Shown here piece after piece: positions 1-10,720 of a stretch of 64,000 bases of DNA. Source of the DNA: a virus. The notes under the pieces were generated by a model, which worked only from the letters and a program-made list of their open reading frames with translations, did no database searches and had not been told where the DNA came from. Location: IMG/VR virus record IMGVR_UViG_3300020160_000328, positions 33,778 through 97,777 of that record, one strand, 5' to 3'. The position numbers and the translations under genes are program-made. Within the stretch, counting starts at the first letter, position 1; each line of letters opens with the position of its first letter.

Positions 1-113
1 TGATTAACTGCCAAAGTCCATGAGTATAAATGAAATTTAGGATTTGCCCAATTAGTTGCTTGTACTAAAGCATTACCACTTGTATTCCAAAAACTAAATA
101 CTGCTTTCATATA

Positions 114-764
114 TTAAGGTGTAAATGTTATACTACCACCTGTACATAAAGTATTATTAGGTGTACTATAAGTTCCTGCTGTAACAACAATTTTACTTAT
201 AGCATTAACACTTACTGGGAAAGGATAGTTACCACTAATTACTGTTGTACCAAAATTTATATAAGGGTTTTGTGCTAATACAGTATTAGCTTGATCAAGA
301 AAAGTAATACTTCCTTGTCCTGCTGTAATACCTGTTTGTGTAAACTCGAAATAAACTTGACCTTCAAATACAGTAAATTTTACTTGTCCAAAAGTACCAC
401 CACAGAAAAATTGGTTACTACTTTGTGTATTAAATAATCTAGCATTTGCCCATGCTTCTACTAATCCACCATCTATTCCTGCTCCACCAGAACCAGAACC
501 ATTTGGATTACTTGAACCACCAGGAGTTACAATAACTTCTTCACAGCAAGTACAATAACCATCTTCAAATGGACCTATTTGTGTTAATTTAGTTTTAACA
601 CCTTTGAAAAGAACAAACTGTTCTTTTACATTTTTATTTTGTAGTACTGTTACTAAGTTAGCATTAGTACATTTACCATTAAGTTTGAACTTAATTTGTG
701 TTGTAATCAAATCTTCATTACAACATATTAATTTTTGTAAGTCTTTTATTTTTATAACATTCAT
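114..764 (-). CDS. Putative tail/virion accessory protein
   Basis: Gly/Thr-rich, beta-rich C-terminal part after a Cys cluster and GS linker; lies in the late structural module. Confidence 0.4.
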   Translation of the reverse strand: MNVIKIKDLQKLICCNEDLITTQIKFKLNGKCTNANLVTVLQNKNVKEQFVLFKGVKTKLTQIGPFEDGYCTCCEEVIVTPGGSSNPNGSGSGGAGIDGGLVEAWANARLFNTQSSNQFFCGGTFGQVKFTVFEGQVYFEFTQTGITAGQGSITFLDQANTVLAQNPYINFGTTVISGNYPFPVSVNAISKIVVTAGTYSTPNNTLCTGGSITFTP

Positions 765-809
765 TATTTTATATTTATTTTTAATTGTTAATTTTAACCC
801 ATGCCCAAA

Positions 810-908
810 CCTACAATCAAGAGGTCAGGGCTAATAACAGAGTTACAATGCAGTTACCTAAAATCAAAAGGAGTCTGCTAGTTATGATCTTTCCTAAAAT
901 CAAAAGGA
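810..908 (-). repeat. Three-copy intergenic repeat CCT(T/C)TTGATT(T/G)TAGG
   Basis: cctaaaatcaaaagga exact at 857-872 and 893-908; degenerate cctacaatcaagagg at 810-824. Confidence 0.8.
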
Positions 909-920
909 TTGACCTAAATT

Positions 921-1979
921 TTATTTACTTCCTATTTTTGTAATATGTCCAAATATATAAGGTTTATATCCTAAAGAATAATCACTTAAATCTGTTTGAA
1001 AATTACCTATTTTAGGAGTAATGTATATTGGTTGTGATAAATCACTAAAAATTCTTTTTTCATATACACCTGTTTCTGAATTATAAGATTCAGGTACACC
1101 TGCACTTAATCTAAAAAACAGTACAGAATTTCTTTTATAAACTCTATTTGTTTTTGAATTAAATTTAATATCACCTATTTTTTTAACTCTTATAAATCCT
1201 TCAGAATTATCTAATATCATAGGATAACTTAATAATTCTTCACTTATATTAGCTCTTCTTTTAATTTGGAAGAAATCTCTAACATCAATTTCAACAGTTA
1301 TGTTTGGATTGTTTAATCTATTTAATCCACTGCCATTCATGTTATCTCCAAAGGATAAAGCTGTTTCATCTAACAACCATTCAGTTTGTTTAATACCAGG
1401 AAAATAATCACTTCCTATTGCTGTACCACCTGAATAAATAGTATCTACAATATTATTCTTATCATATCCACTATTAGCAGGATGAACAATTGCATTATGG
1501 AAATTATCTTTATTTCCTTTACCTGATATAACTAAATTTGAATTAGCTTGTTGTACACCTATCTTTTTATATGACTTGTTAGACACCATACAAAGTTCAA
1601 TTCTTTTGTCAGGCAAAGATAACCAATTATTAGTATTACTTGCAAATAAATTAAAATAAATATCAAATTGTTCTTTATAATATAATGTTGGAAAAATATA
1701 ACCTAATAAACTTGTAATGTTATTTGTTCTTGTACTTATACTATCTATCTCTTCCCTATTATTTTTTGGATCTATAGGGTCTCTTGGATTTGGTAAAAAA
1801 ATCTTTCTTTTTGCTATTTGAGGTGTAGGTAAATATGATATTACTCCATCAATTAAGTCAGGTATTAAATCAATAATATCCTCCATGTTTTGACCTACAT
1901 CAATTGGAGAGATACTATTTGTTGCTGTTTTAGTTGTAACAGCATTATGTACATTACTTTTTACTTGTGCTTTTGTCAT
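921..1979 (-). CDS. Putative tail-associated structural protein
   Basis: 352-aa ORF in the structural operon; no recognisable catalytic motif. Confidence 0.35.
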   Translation of the reverse strand: MTKAQVKSNVHNAVTTKTATNSISPIDVGQNMEDIIDLIPDLIDGVISYLPTPQIAKRKIFLPNPRDPIDPKNNREEIDSISTRTNNITSLLGYIFPTLYYKEQFDIYFNLFASNTNNWLSLPDKRIELCMVSNKSYKKIGVQQANSNLVISGKGNKDNFHNAIVHPANSGYDKNNIVDTIYSGGTAIGSDYFPGIKQTEWLLDETALSFGDNMNGSGLNRLNNPNITVEIDVRDFFQIKRRANISEELLSYPMILDNSEGFIRVKKIGDIKFNSKTNRVYKRNSVLFFRLSAGVPESYNSETGVYEKRIFSDLSQPIYITPKIGNFQTDLSDYSLGYKPYIFGHITKIGSK

Positions 1980-2695
1980 TACATAAATGTATTATTAAAT
2001 TCAAATGTATAGATTCCTTGAGGTTCTGTGTAAATTGCACTCTTAATACAAGTTTCATTTATACCTAATTTTTTTATACATTGAATTATTTTATTATAAT
2101 TATATCTTTCTGTAACTACAGATAAATTACCATTAAGTTTTAAATCAGTGTAATAGAATACTAAGTAATAGTAAGCTACTAGTTGTTTCATTAATAGTGT
2201 ATTATCACTACTACCCATTACAGTTTCATGTAAAAGTATACATTGATTTGAATCTAATATATTACATTTAATACAATCATTAGTAGCTGTTAAATATTGA
2301 TTATAAACAGCACCATTAATTATATTATATGATAGTAATTTCATTATAGCAGAAAGATAATCTTTTTCTTTTTTATCACAATCATCACATTCAGAACAAG
2401 CACAACCACACAATATGTATTCTACATCCTCAACAAAAGACTTTAAAAAAGCTGTATATATAGATACATTTATTGTATCAAATAAAGCAGCTTTATCAGT
2501 AATAACAATTTTATATAAATCATCTTTATTAGGTAGAGTTATATTTAATGTACCATTAGTAAATTGCTCAGGAATAAGAACTTCCCATTGATTTGAACCA
2601 CAGTAAGTTTGAGTATATACAGTTACATATATAGCATTAGTGCCAGTTTTTGTAATAGTAAATGTATTATTATTTCTTGTTATTGTATATCCCAT
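1979..2695 (-). CDS. Putative tail/ring structural protein, Cys-rich
   Basis: CGCACSECDDC motif; position after the ring and auxiliary capsid genes, as in crAss-like phages. Confidence 0.4.
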   Translation of the reverse strand: MGYTITRNNNTFTITKTGTNAIYVTVYTQTYCGSNQWEVLIPEQFTNGTLNITLPNKDDLYKIVITDKAALFDTINVSIYTAFLKSFVEDVEYILCGCACSECDDCDKKEKDYLSAIMKLLSYNIINGAVYNQYLTATNDCIKCNILDSNQCILLHETVMGSSDNTLLMKQLVAYYYLVFYYTDLKLNGNLSVVTERYNYNKIIQCIKKLGINETCIKSAIYTEPQGIYTFEFNNTFM

Positions 2696-2710
2696 TTTAT
2701 TTTAAATATT

Positions 2711-2738
2711 AAAAAAGGGGTTATTAAACCCCTTTTTG
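2711..2738. terminator. Intrinsic terminator
   Basis: aaaaaaggggtt-atta-aacccctttttg hairpin with A/T tails. Confidence 0.7.
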
Positions 2739-3956
2739 TTATGCTATACCATCTGTAGCAGCTACCTTATTTTCAGTAGGTTCTACAACAGTTGGATTTG
2801 TATTAGCTGTTGCTGCATCATCTGCCAAAGCATCAAAACCTATAGGAGTGATTAATGTATCTAAGACAGTAGCTAAACCATTTCTAGTTACTGTATCAGT
2901 AGCAGGAACTGCTATAATACTTGCTAAGTTTCTTGTGTACTGTAACCATGCACCTTGTGATTCTTGATCATATGTTAATGCAAATTGATCATATTTCTGA
3001 TTGATATCAGTATTAAATACTCTATCATCAGCTACACCATTAAGTGTAGATAATCTATAAGGACTTTCACTGAATCCTTTAGCTTCATATTCTAACTGTT
3101 TAATATCATAACCTGAACCTTCTTCAAAAGCTACTGTTTGTGTAGTAACTAATGTTCCATTACATTTGAATCCTTCAATAGGAGAAGCTATAATAACTGT
3201 CTCTCTTGGGAAGAAGTATTTCAAGTTTAATGAACCTGCAAAGTTAGCTTGTGCTTGATTAACAGTTTCAATCTCTAAATCTGTATAAACAAAGTTAGCT
3301 GGATCTGTTTGAGTTGCATTAAATGCCATAATAGCAAGTAATTGTGCATCTGTTACAACAGCACCTGCTGCAATAGCAGCTCCACCTGTTTGAGCAGAAG
3401 TTAAAGCTGTTCTAGCTAAAGCTCTTGCTTTTACTAATTTAGTTGGATCATTATTAATATTAATTAATAGTAATCTAGTAATTTCATTTGCATCACCTGA
3501 AGGACAAGTAGGTGCACATCCATCACAACATCCAGTTACAATACTATAAGTTTTTGTGAACTGATTATAACCTTGACTTCTGTATATTTCTTGATTTCTT
3601 AATTCAAGTTTAATACCATACTCTGTTTCACAGTTTGCTGTGTAATCTTTAAGAACTACTTTCATAGGTCTTGAAGCTGTATGAGGTCTAAAGCTATAAA
3701 ATTTTATGTTGTTTTTCTGTACTATACTTCCTGAAGATTTAGCAACTTCATCAGTAATTCCATCCCCATTTAAGTCTAAACCTACTGCCAAATAGAAGTT
3801 TCTAACTCCAGTACCTGTTGTAATAGATAGGTTTGTATTAGCATCAAAAACACCAATTTGACCTGGGCTTAAAGCTGTAATCTTACTACCTGCTGGTAAT
3901 ACAGCTTGGTTGTTTTTAGTTACTAAAACTTTAAATACGTCATTATTTCTTGCCAT
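2739..3956 (-). CDS. Virion structural protein (auxiliary capsid/stabilisation-type, crAss-like)
   Basis: Ala/Thr-rich 405 aa, followed by a terminator; capsid-module synteny. Confidence 0.55.
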   Translation of the reverse strand: MARNNDVFKVLVTKNNQAVLPAGSKITALSPGQIGVFDANTNLSITTGTGVRNFYLAVGLDLNGDGITDEVAKSSGSIVQKNNIKFYSFRPHTASRPMKVVLKDYTANCETEYGIKLELRNQEIYRSQGYNQFTKTYSIVTGCCDGCAPTCPSGDANEITRLLLININNDPTKLVKARALARTALTSAQTGGAAIAAGAVVTDAQLLAIMAFNATQTDPANFVYTDLEIETVNQAQANFAGSLNLKYFFPRETVIIASPIEGFKCNGTLVTTQTVAFEEGSGYDIKQLEYEAKGFSESPYRLSTLNGVADDRVFNTDINQKYDQFALTYDQESQGAWLQYTRNLASIIAVPATDTVTRNGLATVLDTLITPIGFDALADDAATANTNPTVVEPTENKVAATDGIA

Positions 3957-3967
3957 AATTTTTAATT

Positions 3968-4687
3968 TTAATTAATTTGGTTTAAATTTATTTTTGCTTG
4001 TTTTAGTTGGTAATCTCCTGTTTGAAGATCCCCACTTGTTATAAGAACAGCTATATCAACAATTTCTCTATGTGTATGTTCAGGAAGTTCACAATCTTGA
4101 AACCCAGTTAATACAATACCATCAGGTAAGGTATATGATTGAGTAGGAAGAAAATCTTGAGCATTGTGCATATAAGCATGTTTCCTTATATAATTTAATT
4201 TTAATTGTGTTGGAACAAATGTTCCATCTGTAAATATTTTAATTCCTCTTTCAAAGAATCTTATGTTTACTTCTTTCCATTCAAAAGAAGATTTATCAAA
4301 TACACTTAACTCATGTTTATCATCATGTTGTCTTAAAATACAAGTTGCTTCTCTTGGAGAACATCCTGTTTTAGTTATAGTTACATTTGAAGATACATAG
4401 AACATATAATTAGTAGGTAATGGTACATAGTATGTAGTAGGTGTTAAAGCTATTGGTACTATTGAGTAATCATTAATTACTAAGGTTCTTATATCATCTA
4501 TACTTCTTTGTGAAGTTTCAAATCCTAAATGATTACTAACTCTTGGCTCTGCTACTGACTTGATAAAAATATCAATAGCTTCATTCATTTTCCAATCAAT
4601 CTCAGGTACTCTTAAGTTCCTGTATTGTTGAGAATCTAGCTTATTTAGTTTTTGTTTAAAGTCATAGTGAAAACCTCTTGAGTTCAT
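3968..4687 (-). CDS. Head-tail connector/ring protein (crAss-like)
   Basis: N-terminal KLDSQQY..EID and C-terminal CELPEHTHREIVDIAV motifs resemble crAss-like ring proteins. Confidence 0.6.
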   Translation of the reverse strand: MNSRGFHYDFKQKLNKLDSQQYRNLRVPEIDWKMNEAIDIFIKSVAEPRVSNHLGFETSQRSIDDIRTLVINDYSIVPIALTPTTYYVPLPTNYMFYVSSNVTITKTGCSPREATCILRQHDDKHELSVFDKSSFEWKEVNIRFFERGIKIFTDGTFVPTQLKLNYIRKHAYMHNAQDFLPTQSYTLPDGIVLTGFQDCELPEHTHREIVDIAVLITSGDLQTGDYQLKQAKINLNQIN

Positions 4688-4693
4688 ATTCTA

Positions 4694-5488
4694 TTAGTTT
4701 ATTTTTTCTAAAATCTGAGCTTTCATAGCTTGATTCTTAGGATCTATAAAGTAGTCAACTGCTGACTCAACATCAAATCCTATTTGATCATCCATGTAGT
4801 ACACTGCTGTACCCTCTTTTCTTAGAACATTTTTATATATACCTTCTAATACTAGAGCATGAATTGAAGTTCTAGTTTTATCTCTTTGAATCAAGTTAAG
4901 TACTTTTTCTGCACCAGCTTGTTCAACAGCATCATCTAGTTTTAAATCTACATAATCATCAGATTGATTTCTCACTGATATACCAAGTATGATTTGTACA
5001 ATTTCAGCTTTTCTAGTTTTAGTCAATTTAGAACTTTCTAAAATTACTTTTCTTTTTACTGAAGCTTTAGAAGCTTTTAGTTCTATTTCTTCTTGCTCAT
5101 CATAAATTACATACAAAGCATTTGGAAATTTACCTTCTTCATATTCTTTCATTGAATTAGCTACTAAATCTGAAGCTTTCATCAACTTGACTTTTATCTC
5201 ATCTTGTGCTATAGAAGTATTAAATATGTTTGTTTTGTATTCTAATTTTACTTGAGCTGCTGGAGAGTTCCAAAATTCATGAGGTTTACCTACCATATAA
5301 TCAGGTGATAAATTATAACCTGTTGCTTTTTGTAATCTTTCTCTATCTTCTTCAGATAGACCTGTAGCAAATTGTCCTGTTCTAAGACTAATTAATGCTT
5401 CAATTGTTGTAGGTCTGGTAAAGACATCTTTACCTTTAACTCCATGCCATCTTTCTCTCTCAATGGGTTTTACTTCTACTATTGCCAT
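4694..5488 (-). CDS. Conserved crAss-like capsid-module protein
   Basis: Directly downstream of MCP; 264 aa. Confidence 0.5.
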   Translation of the reverse strand: MAIVEVKPIERERWHGVKGKDVFTRPTTIEALISLRTGQFATGLSEEDRERLQKATGYNLSPDYMVGKPHEFWNSPAAQVKLEYKTNIFNTSIAQDEIKVKLMKASDLVANSMKEYEEGKFPNALYVIYDEQEEIELKASKASVKRKVILESSKLTKTRKAEIVQIILGISVRNQSDDYVDLKLDDAVEQAGAEKVLNLIQRDKTRTSIHALVLEGIYKNVLRKEGTAVYYMDDQIGFDVESAVDYFIDPKNQAMKAQILEKIN

Positions 5489-5522
5489 TTTTCTTTTTTG
5501 TTTAAATTAATATTATTTGCAG

Positions 5523-5546
5523 AGGGAAAGTTTTTATACTTTCCCT
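5523..5546 (-). terminator. Hairpin downstream of MCP (terminator/attenuator)
   Basis: agggaaagt...actttccct inverted repeat. Confidence 0.5.
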
Positions 5547-5554
5547 ATTTAGAC

Positions 5555-5564
5555 TGCAAATATA
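5555..5564 (-). promoter_or_regulatory. Bacteroidota sigma-A -7 element TATATTTGCA
   Basis: Matches TAnnTTTG; intergenic, upstream of 4694-5488. Confidence 0.6.
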
Positions 5565-5583
5565 AGAAATATTTTTCTATTTA

Positions 5584-7053
5584 TTAGACACCAACATTTC
5601 TTTTTAAGATTAACTCTCCACATTTTGTAATATCTTCAATATGTACACCACATTGTTTAGATACGTGCATTGAGTAATATTCTCCTGAGTGACTCATTTG
5701 TCCACCTTTAGAAGGACCATAAGGACCAACTAAACCATTAACATAACCAAATTTGTAACCATCTTTTTTAGATACTAACTGTACATTTGAATTACCACCA
5801 TCACCTGAGAAATCTAAGAAAGTAAATCTCATAGATTCTACTGGGTATCCTGTAATAGGATCAATCTCAAAGTTGATACTTCTATCATCATATAAAGGAT
5901 TGTGAACTAATTCTAACTCAGCACCATTGTGCATTTTGTATTGTACGAATTGGTAACCTACAGAATAAGCATTTGTATGGTATTCTGATTTAGCTTGTTG
6001 TACTGGGTTAAAGTTTTGATTAGCAATAATCCAACCTCTTTTTTCCATTACATCTTGCATAGCTCTATTGAACAAGATCATTCCATACTCTCCAGTAAAT
6101 ACTTTAATTTTTCTACCTGAACCTGGTTTAACTCTTGAGTAGAAGATATCTAATAAGAACTCTTCAATCAATTTAGCTGTTAATTCAGAGTAGTAATGTA
6201 AGTGAGAATCTTCAAGTTTTTCTTGAATACCTGAGAATGAATCTACACTTCTACCACTTGAACCTTCAATACTTCTAGCTTTTCTATTGTACCAATAAGC
6301 TCTTTCAAGCTCTCTGTACCATTGTTGCCAGTATTCTACCTCAGCAAATTTAACCCAAGAATCATGATATCCACCTTTTGAATCAGGTACTTTAACAGCT
6401 AAAACTTCTTCTGAAGCATAATCTGTTACTTGATATTTTTTTCTGAATTTACCCATAGAATCTCTTAGAGTCATAGGCATGCTGTATTGTGTAGAACCAT
6501 CTTCATTTGCACCCTCTTCATAAGTAGAGTACATTTTAGCCCATTGTTGACCTGCTGCTAAGTACACTGGTGGTACAAAAGCTTGGAAATCATCTGATAC
6601 CAATCTTACTGTATATACCCATCCATTACCATGTCTTTCCGGATCTTCCATAATTCTACATTGATATCTTTGTCCTGCTGTACCTGGTGTAATAACATCC
6701 CCAGCTACGAACCAATTTTCATCAAGTTTAATCTTGAATGTAGTTTTACCTTGACCTGGTGTAGTATTAGATGTAGGTTCTACATTCTCAATAGCTACAA
6801 GTGGTCTTGTATTAGCACCTTTTAGTTGCCATTCCCATTCATTTGTTGTAAGAACTTTTTCTGCTCCAGTTCCCCAAGCTATACTAGATAGTGGGTTATC
6901 AGAATAATAATTCTGTGCTGAGAACAATTGATTCATTTTACCTTCAAATACATGAGGTTTAGCAATCAAAGCAGCTCCCAAGTGATTTAACTCAGTCATG
7001 TTAGCATGCCAAGGCATTTGTTTTGTTTTAAATTTACTTCCTAATGTTGCCAT
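5584..7053 (-). CDS. Major capsid protein (crAss-like, HK97 fold)
   Basis: 489 aa; portal-scaffold-MCP synteny; crAss MCP-like motifs (EWEWQLKG, LYDD..IDPITGYPVES.RFTFLD). Confidence 0.85.
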   Translation of the reverse strand: MATLGSKFKTKQMPWHANMTELNHLGAALIAKPHVFEGKMNQLFSAQNYYSDNPLSSIAWGTGAEKVLTTNEWEWQLKGANTRPLVAIENVEPTSNTTPGQGKTTFKIKLDENWFVAGDVITPGTAGQRYQCRIMEDPERHGNGWVYTVRLVSDDFQAFVPPVYLAAGQQWAKMYSTYEEGANEDGSTQYSMPMTLRDSMGKFRKKYQVTDYASEEVLAVKVPDSKGGYHDSWVKFAEVEYWQQWYRELERAYWYNRKARSIEGSSGRSVDSFSGIQEKLEDSHLHYYSELTAKLIEEFLLDIFYSRVKPGSGRKIKVFTGEYGMILFNRAMQDVMEKRGWIIANQNFNPVQQAKSEYHTNAYSVGYQFVQYKMHNGAELELVHNPLYDDRSINFEIDPITGYPVESMRFTFLDFSGDGGNSNVQLVSKKDGYKFGYVNGLVGPYGPSKGGQMSHSGEYYSMHVSKQCGVHIEDITKCGELILKRNVGV

Positions 7054-7069
7054 AATTTTTTATTAATAA

Positions 7070-8194
7070 TTAATTAAATAAATCAGATAAGCTTCTTCCT
7101 TGTAACGAACTTCCAGAGTTACTTGGTCTCAAATTCTTTCTCTGTTCTAAATTTGTTTTTACTTCTTTTGTTTTTTTAGTTATTACTTCTTTAGCAAATC
7201 CACTCATATCAAAATCACTTTCTACAAGTTTAGCTAAAAGAATCATTTTATTAGTATCTTGAAATGTCTCAGCTAATTTCTTTTGGAAACCTGTTACTGA
7301 TTTAGTATTAGATACTTTGTGTTCTTTCTTAGTTAAGAAATTAAATACTTTAATTTTATCTTGTGCAGATATTTTTAAACCATTAATTTCTTCTGTTTCA
7401 TCTAAAGCTTCTTTTAATGTGTCTTTAAATTCATCTTCAGTTTCTTTTTGTTTTTGTCTATTAATTTCAGCTTGTTTTAAAAGATCTTCTTTTTGTTTCT
7501 CAACTTGTTCTTTTACTTTAGCATCATATTTCAAAGCCATCTTTTCTTTTTTACCTGACTCAGTTAGATAAGCTAATCTATCTTCAACTTCATCCCTATC
7601 CCAACCCTCTTGTAATAGTTGGTATCTAATTACTTCATCTTGGTAATCTTCATCAGCAATGTTACCTATAGGTAATTCAGTTACTTTACTAAAAGCTTTA
7701 AAAAACTCTTCTGTTGAACCACCATCTCTTTTAAATTTAATAAATGCTTGAGCATCTTTATCTAATTCTTCAGTAGCCCATGATTTAAGTCTTTGAGAAA
7801 CTTCTGTTTCATATTCTTCTTCTTGAAGTTCAATGAATCTATCTTCATCTATTTCTTCTCCTTCTTCTAATTGTACATGTTTAAAGATACCTGTATCCTT
7901 TAAATCTTTGTACATATCTCCATAAAAAGAACCTTCATTTTGAGGTGTTTTAGTTTTGTCTTCTAAATCTTCCTCTTCTTCATCACCAAAACTAAACTTA
8001 TCTTCAGTTTCTTTTTCTTTATCCTTTTCAGGAGTTTTAGATTTATCCTCTTCAGGTTCCTTATCTTTCTCAGGATCTTTAGCTGGTTCTTTCTTCTCTA
8101 CTTCTTCAGGTTTTGTAACTCCAAAGAAATCTTCAGTACTATTTTCCCAATCAAAGTTTAATAAATCATTCTGTGTTTCTAATTCTGTTGCCAT
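7070..8194 (-). CDS. Acidic scaffold-like protein
   Basis: Very acidic, coiled-coil; between portal and MCP; ATG at 8194 follows the promoter element. Confidence 0.65.
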   Translation of the reverse strand: MATELETQNDLLNFDWENSTEDFFGVTKPEEVEKKEPAKDPEKDKEPEEDKSKTPEKDKEKETEDKFSFGDEEEEDLEDKTKTPQNEGSFYGDMYKDLKDTGIFKHVQLEEGEEIDEDRFIELQEEEYETEVSQRLKSWATEELDKDAQAFIKFKRDGGSTEEFFKAFSKVTELPIGNIADEDYQDEVIRYQLLQEGWDRDEVEDRLAYLTESGKKEKMALKYDAKVKEQVEKQKEDLLKQAEINRQKQKETEDEFKDTLKEALDETEEINGLKISAQDKIKVFNFLTKKEHKVSNTKSVTGFQKKLAETFQDTNKMILLAKLVESDFDMSGFAKEVITKKTKEVKTNLEQRKNLRPSNSGSSLQGRSLSDLFN

Positions 8195-8201
8195 AATATT
8201 C

Positions 8202-8211
8202 TGCAAATTTA
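8202..8211 (-). promoter_or_regulatory. Bacteroidota -7 element TAAATTTGCA
   Basis: TAnnTTTG match just upstream of the scaffold/MCP genes. Confidence 0.6.
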
Positions 8212-8275
8212 AGATTAATTATTTAATATATTTAAGTTTTAAACTTAACTTTTTTCATTTTGTAGCTAATAGCTA

Positions 8276-10720
8276 TTATTTACTTGTTCTACTTTTTAAC
8301 TGATTATTTTTTGCTTTAGCTATAGTGTTCTTTTCTTTATCTAACTTAAGCTTTTCTTTATCCATTACTTTTTGATGTTGAAACTTATCTGAATCTAATT
8401 GTATCTTAGCACTTTTTAAGTTAGCATCTACTCCAAACTTAGCTACTTCCATAACATCAGGAGTTCCATCTTTATCAAGATCTTTATCTTCATTAAATCC
8501 AAGAGATAAGATAGTTTGTTTTTGTATCTCTCTATCAGTTTTAAGTTCTTCTTCTCTTTCCATCATAACCATTTCATGATCCCACTCTTCTCTTCTGAAC
8601 TGTCTAGCTTTTTCTTCAGACTCAGCTTGTGCTTTCATTTTTTGTTGCTCAATAGATTGTTCTCTTTCAATTCTTTCTTTCTCTGCTTTCTTAAGTACTT
8701 CTTCTGCTTCTTGTGTAGACTCTGAGTTTAATATAACAAGTAAGTCTGACATTTCTAACATTTGATTTTGCATAGCTGCATGAGATAATTGTTGTATAGT
8801 TTGTAAAGTCTCTCCTGCTTTAGTAGAGTTAGATACAAATAAACCATATGTAGAGTTTTCTAATAAATCATAATCAGGTTGTAACATCTTAATAGACATA
8901 TCATCTAATACATAAGATATACTTGCTGGTTGATATTCAGAATAAGCTACTTTAGCACATTCAATTAATGCTTGTAATACATTTCTTTTTATATTATTAT
9001 GTATATCAAAGTAAGGTTCTAATATATTAGCAGATTGTACTAAAGCTTGTTGTGTATTTCTTACAGCTTCATCACCACTAATTTGACCTTCAATTTGTTT
9101 ATTAATACCTACAGATTCTCCACATCTTCTCTCAAAGTATTCAGCTAACATTTGATACTTTTGTATATCAGATACTAAAGATAAATCTATTTCTTTAGCA
9201 GCTTCTCCCATGTTAGAGTTTCCTTTATTACCTTCTTCAGATGGATCCAATAGACCTATCTTATTTACTTTAAAGTAATACATCCATTTCTCAATGTCAA
9301 GTCCTGCTGACTTAGGTATTAAATTAGAGTTAAGTAACAATGCTTTACCATCATCTGATGCCATAAGTAATTCTACTCTATACCATATAATATTAAACAT
9401 ATATTGGTAGTATTTCATTCTATCTACAAGAGATGTAATTTCAGAGTTTAAGTTATCATATGCAGCACCTATATAAGATAATTTACAAGTGTGTAGATTA
9501 TCTAAATCTTTATGTTGTCCAGGTACTTCTCTTAAGAAAGCATATTTATCTCTATCTATTAAATATCCTTCATATTTAGTAGGAATCCATTCTGTAGTAA
9601 TTTCTGTATCACCTGCTTCAGGATTTAATACATATGCTTCATCTACTATATCTTCATAAGGTAATCCTGTTTCAGGTTCTATACCTTTTAAAAACTTGAA
9701 TGGTTTTAAAGATTTCCATTCAGCATGTAACACTCTAGTTCCTAACATACTATTAGTACCATCATTTCTAAATGTAAATGATTCATTAGGTAATGAACTA
9801 GCATGAGAATAATTTTTATAAATATCATCAATCTCATCTAAAGACAATTCAGATCCAAAGTATTTAACTACTTCAGATGGTGTCATATGTGTTTCATAAC
9901 AAGCCCATTCTCCATCTTCTATATAGTCTAACTCTGGAGATTTATCATAATCAAATCTTAAAGGATTAACTACTTTTACAGTAGGTTCACCATTGTAAGC
10001 TCCAACCCAAAAGATTTCTCTTCCTGATATAAGACCATGTTTCCAAGCTTTGTTAAATTTCATTTTAATATCTTCTTTTTGTATAAGATATTGTAACAAC
10101 TGATGTGATAAAGCTTCTGCTGGATCTTGATGTTCCCTCTCCATATATTTCTTTACTTCATCAGGAGTCATTGTTTGTAGTTCTTGTTGAACTTGTTCTT
10201 GTATTTTTTGTTCTTCATCTGGAGTTAATTTCTTACCATCAGTTGAAGCATATTTCTTTTCTATCTCAAGTTTGATAGGTTGCATTATTGAGTTTTGTAC
10301 AAAATCTTTTAATCTACCAAATTCTTCTTGTTCTTTTCTTGTTGTAGCTTCTTTATTAGTAGCTACTATTTTCCAAGAGAAAGGTCTTTTCATTTCCATA
10401 CCAAGTAAAGCTTTAATCTTTCCTGATATAATATCCTTATTAGTAAAGTCAACAGGTAATTCACCTACTCCTTCACCAAATGGACTACATACTTTTTCAA
10501 AGTCTGCTTTATTAATTATGTTATTAAACAAATCATAATTAATTTTCATTCTTCTGTATTCACTAATTCCTGTGTTAGTTTCATTAAATCCAAACACACC
10601 TCCTTTAGTAAATGATACTTTATCTAAGGTATTTATATTATCCTTAAACCATTGTTTATCATCTTTATTCTTCTGTGCTCTTGTTAATCTTTGTTCAGGA
10701 TTAAATATTGTTTCTGACAT
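8276..10720 (-). CDS. Portal protein
   Basis: 814 aa directly after the terminase; long C-terminal coiled coil; crAss-type synteny. Confidence 0.85.
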   Translation of the reverse strand: MSETIFNPEQRLTRAQKNKDDKQWFKDNINTLDKVSFTKGGVFGFNETNTGISEYRRMKINYDLFNNIINKADFEKVCSPFGEGVGELPVDFTNKDIISGKIKALLGMEMKRPFSWKIVATNKEATTRKEQEEFGRLKDFVQNSIMQPIKLEIEKKYASTDGKKLTPDEEQKIQEQVQQELQTMTPDEVKKYMEREHQDPAEALSHQLLQYLIQKEDIKMKFNKAWKHGLISGREIFWVGAYNGEPTVKVVNPLRFDYDKSPELDYIEDGEWACYETHMTPSEVVKYFGSELSLDEIDDIYKNYSHASSLPNESFTFRNDGTNSMLGTRVLHAEWKSLKPFKFLKGIEPETGLPYEDIVDEAYVLNPEAGDTEITTEWIPTKYEGYLIDRDKYAFLREVPGQHKDLDNLHTCKLSYIGAAYDNLNSEITSLVDRMKYYQYMFNIIWYRVELLMASDDGKALLLNSNLIPKSAGLDIEKWMYYFKVNKIGLLDPSEEGNKGNSNMGEAAKEIDLSLVSDIQKYQMLAEYFERRCGESVGINKQIEGQISGDEAVRNTQQALVQSANILEPYFDIHNNIKRNVLQALIECAKVAYSEYQPASISYVLDDMSIKMLQPDYDLLENSTYGLFVSNSTKAGETLQTIQQLSHAAMQNQMLEMSDLLVILNSESTQEAEEVLKKAEKERIEREQSIEQQKMKAQAESEEKARQFRREEWDHEMVMMEREEELKTDREIQKQTILSLGFNEDKDLDKDGTPDVMEVAKFGVDANLKSAKIQLDSDKFQHQKVMDKEKLKLDKEKNTIAKAKNNQLKSRTSK

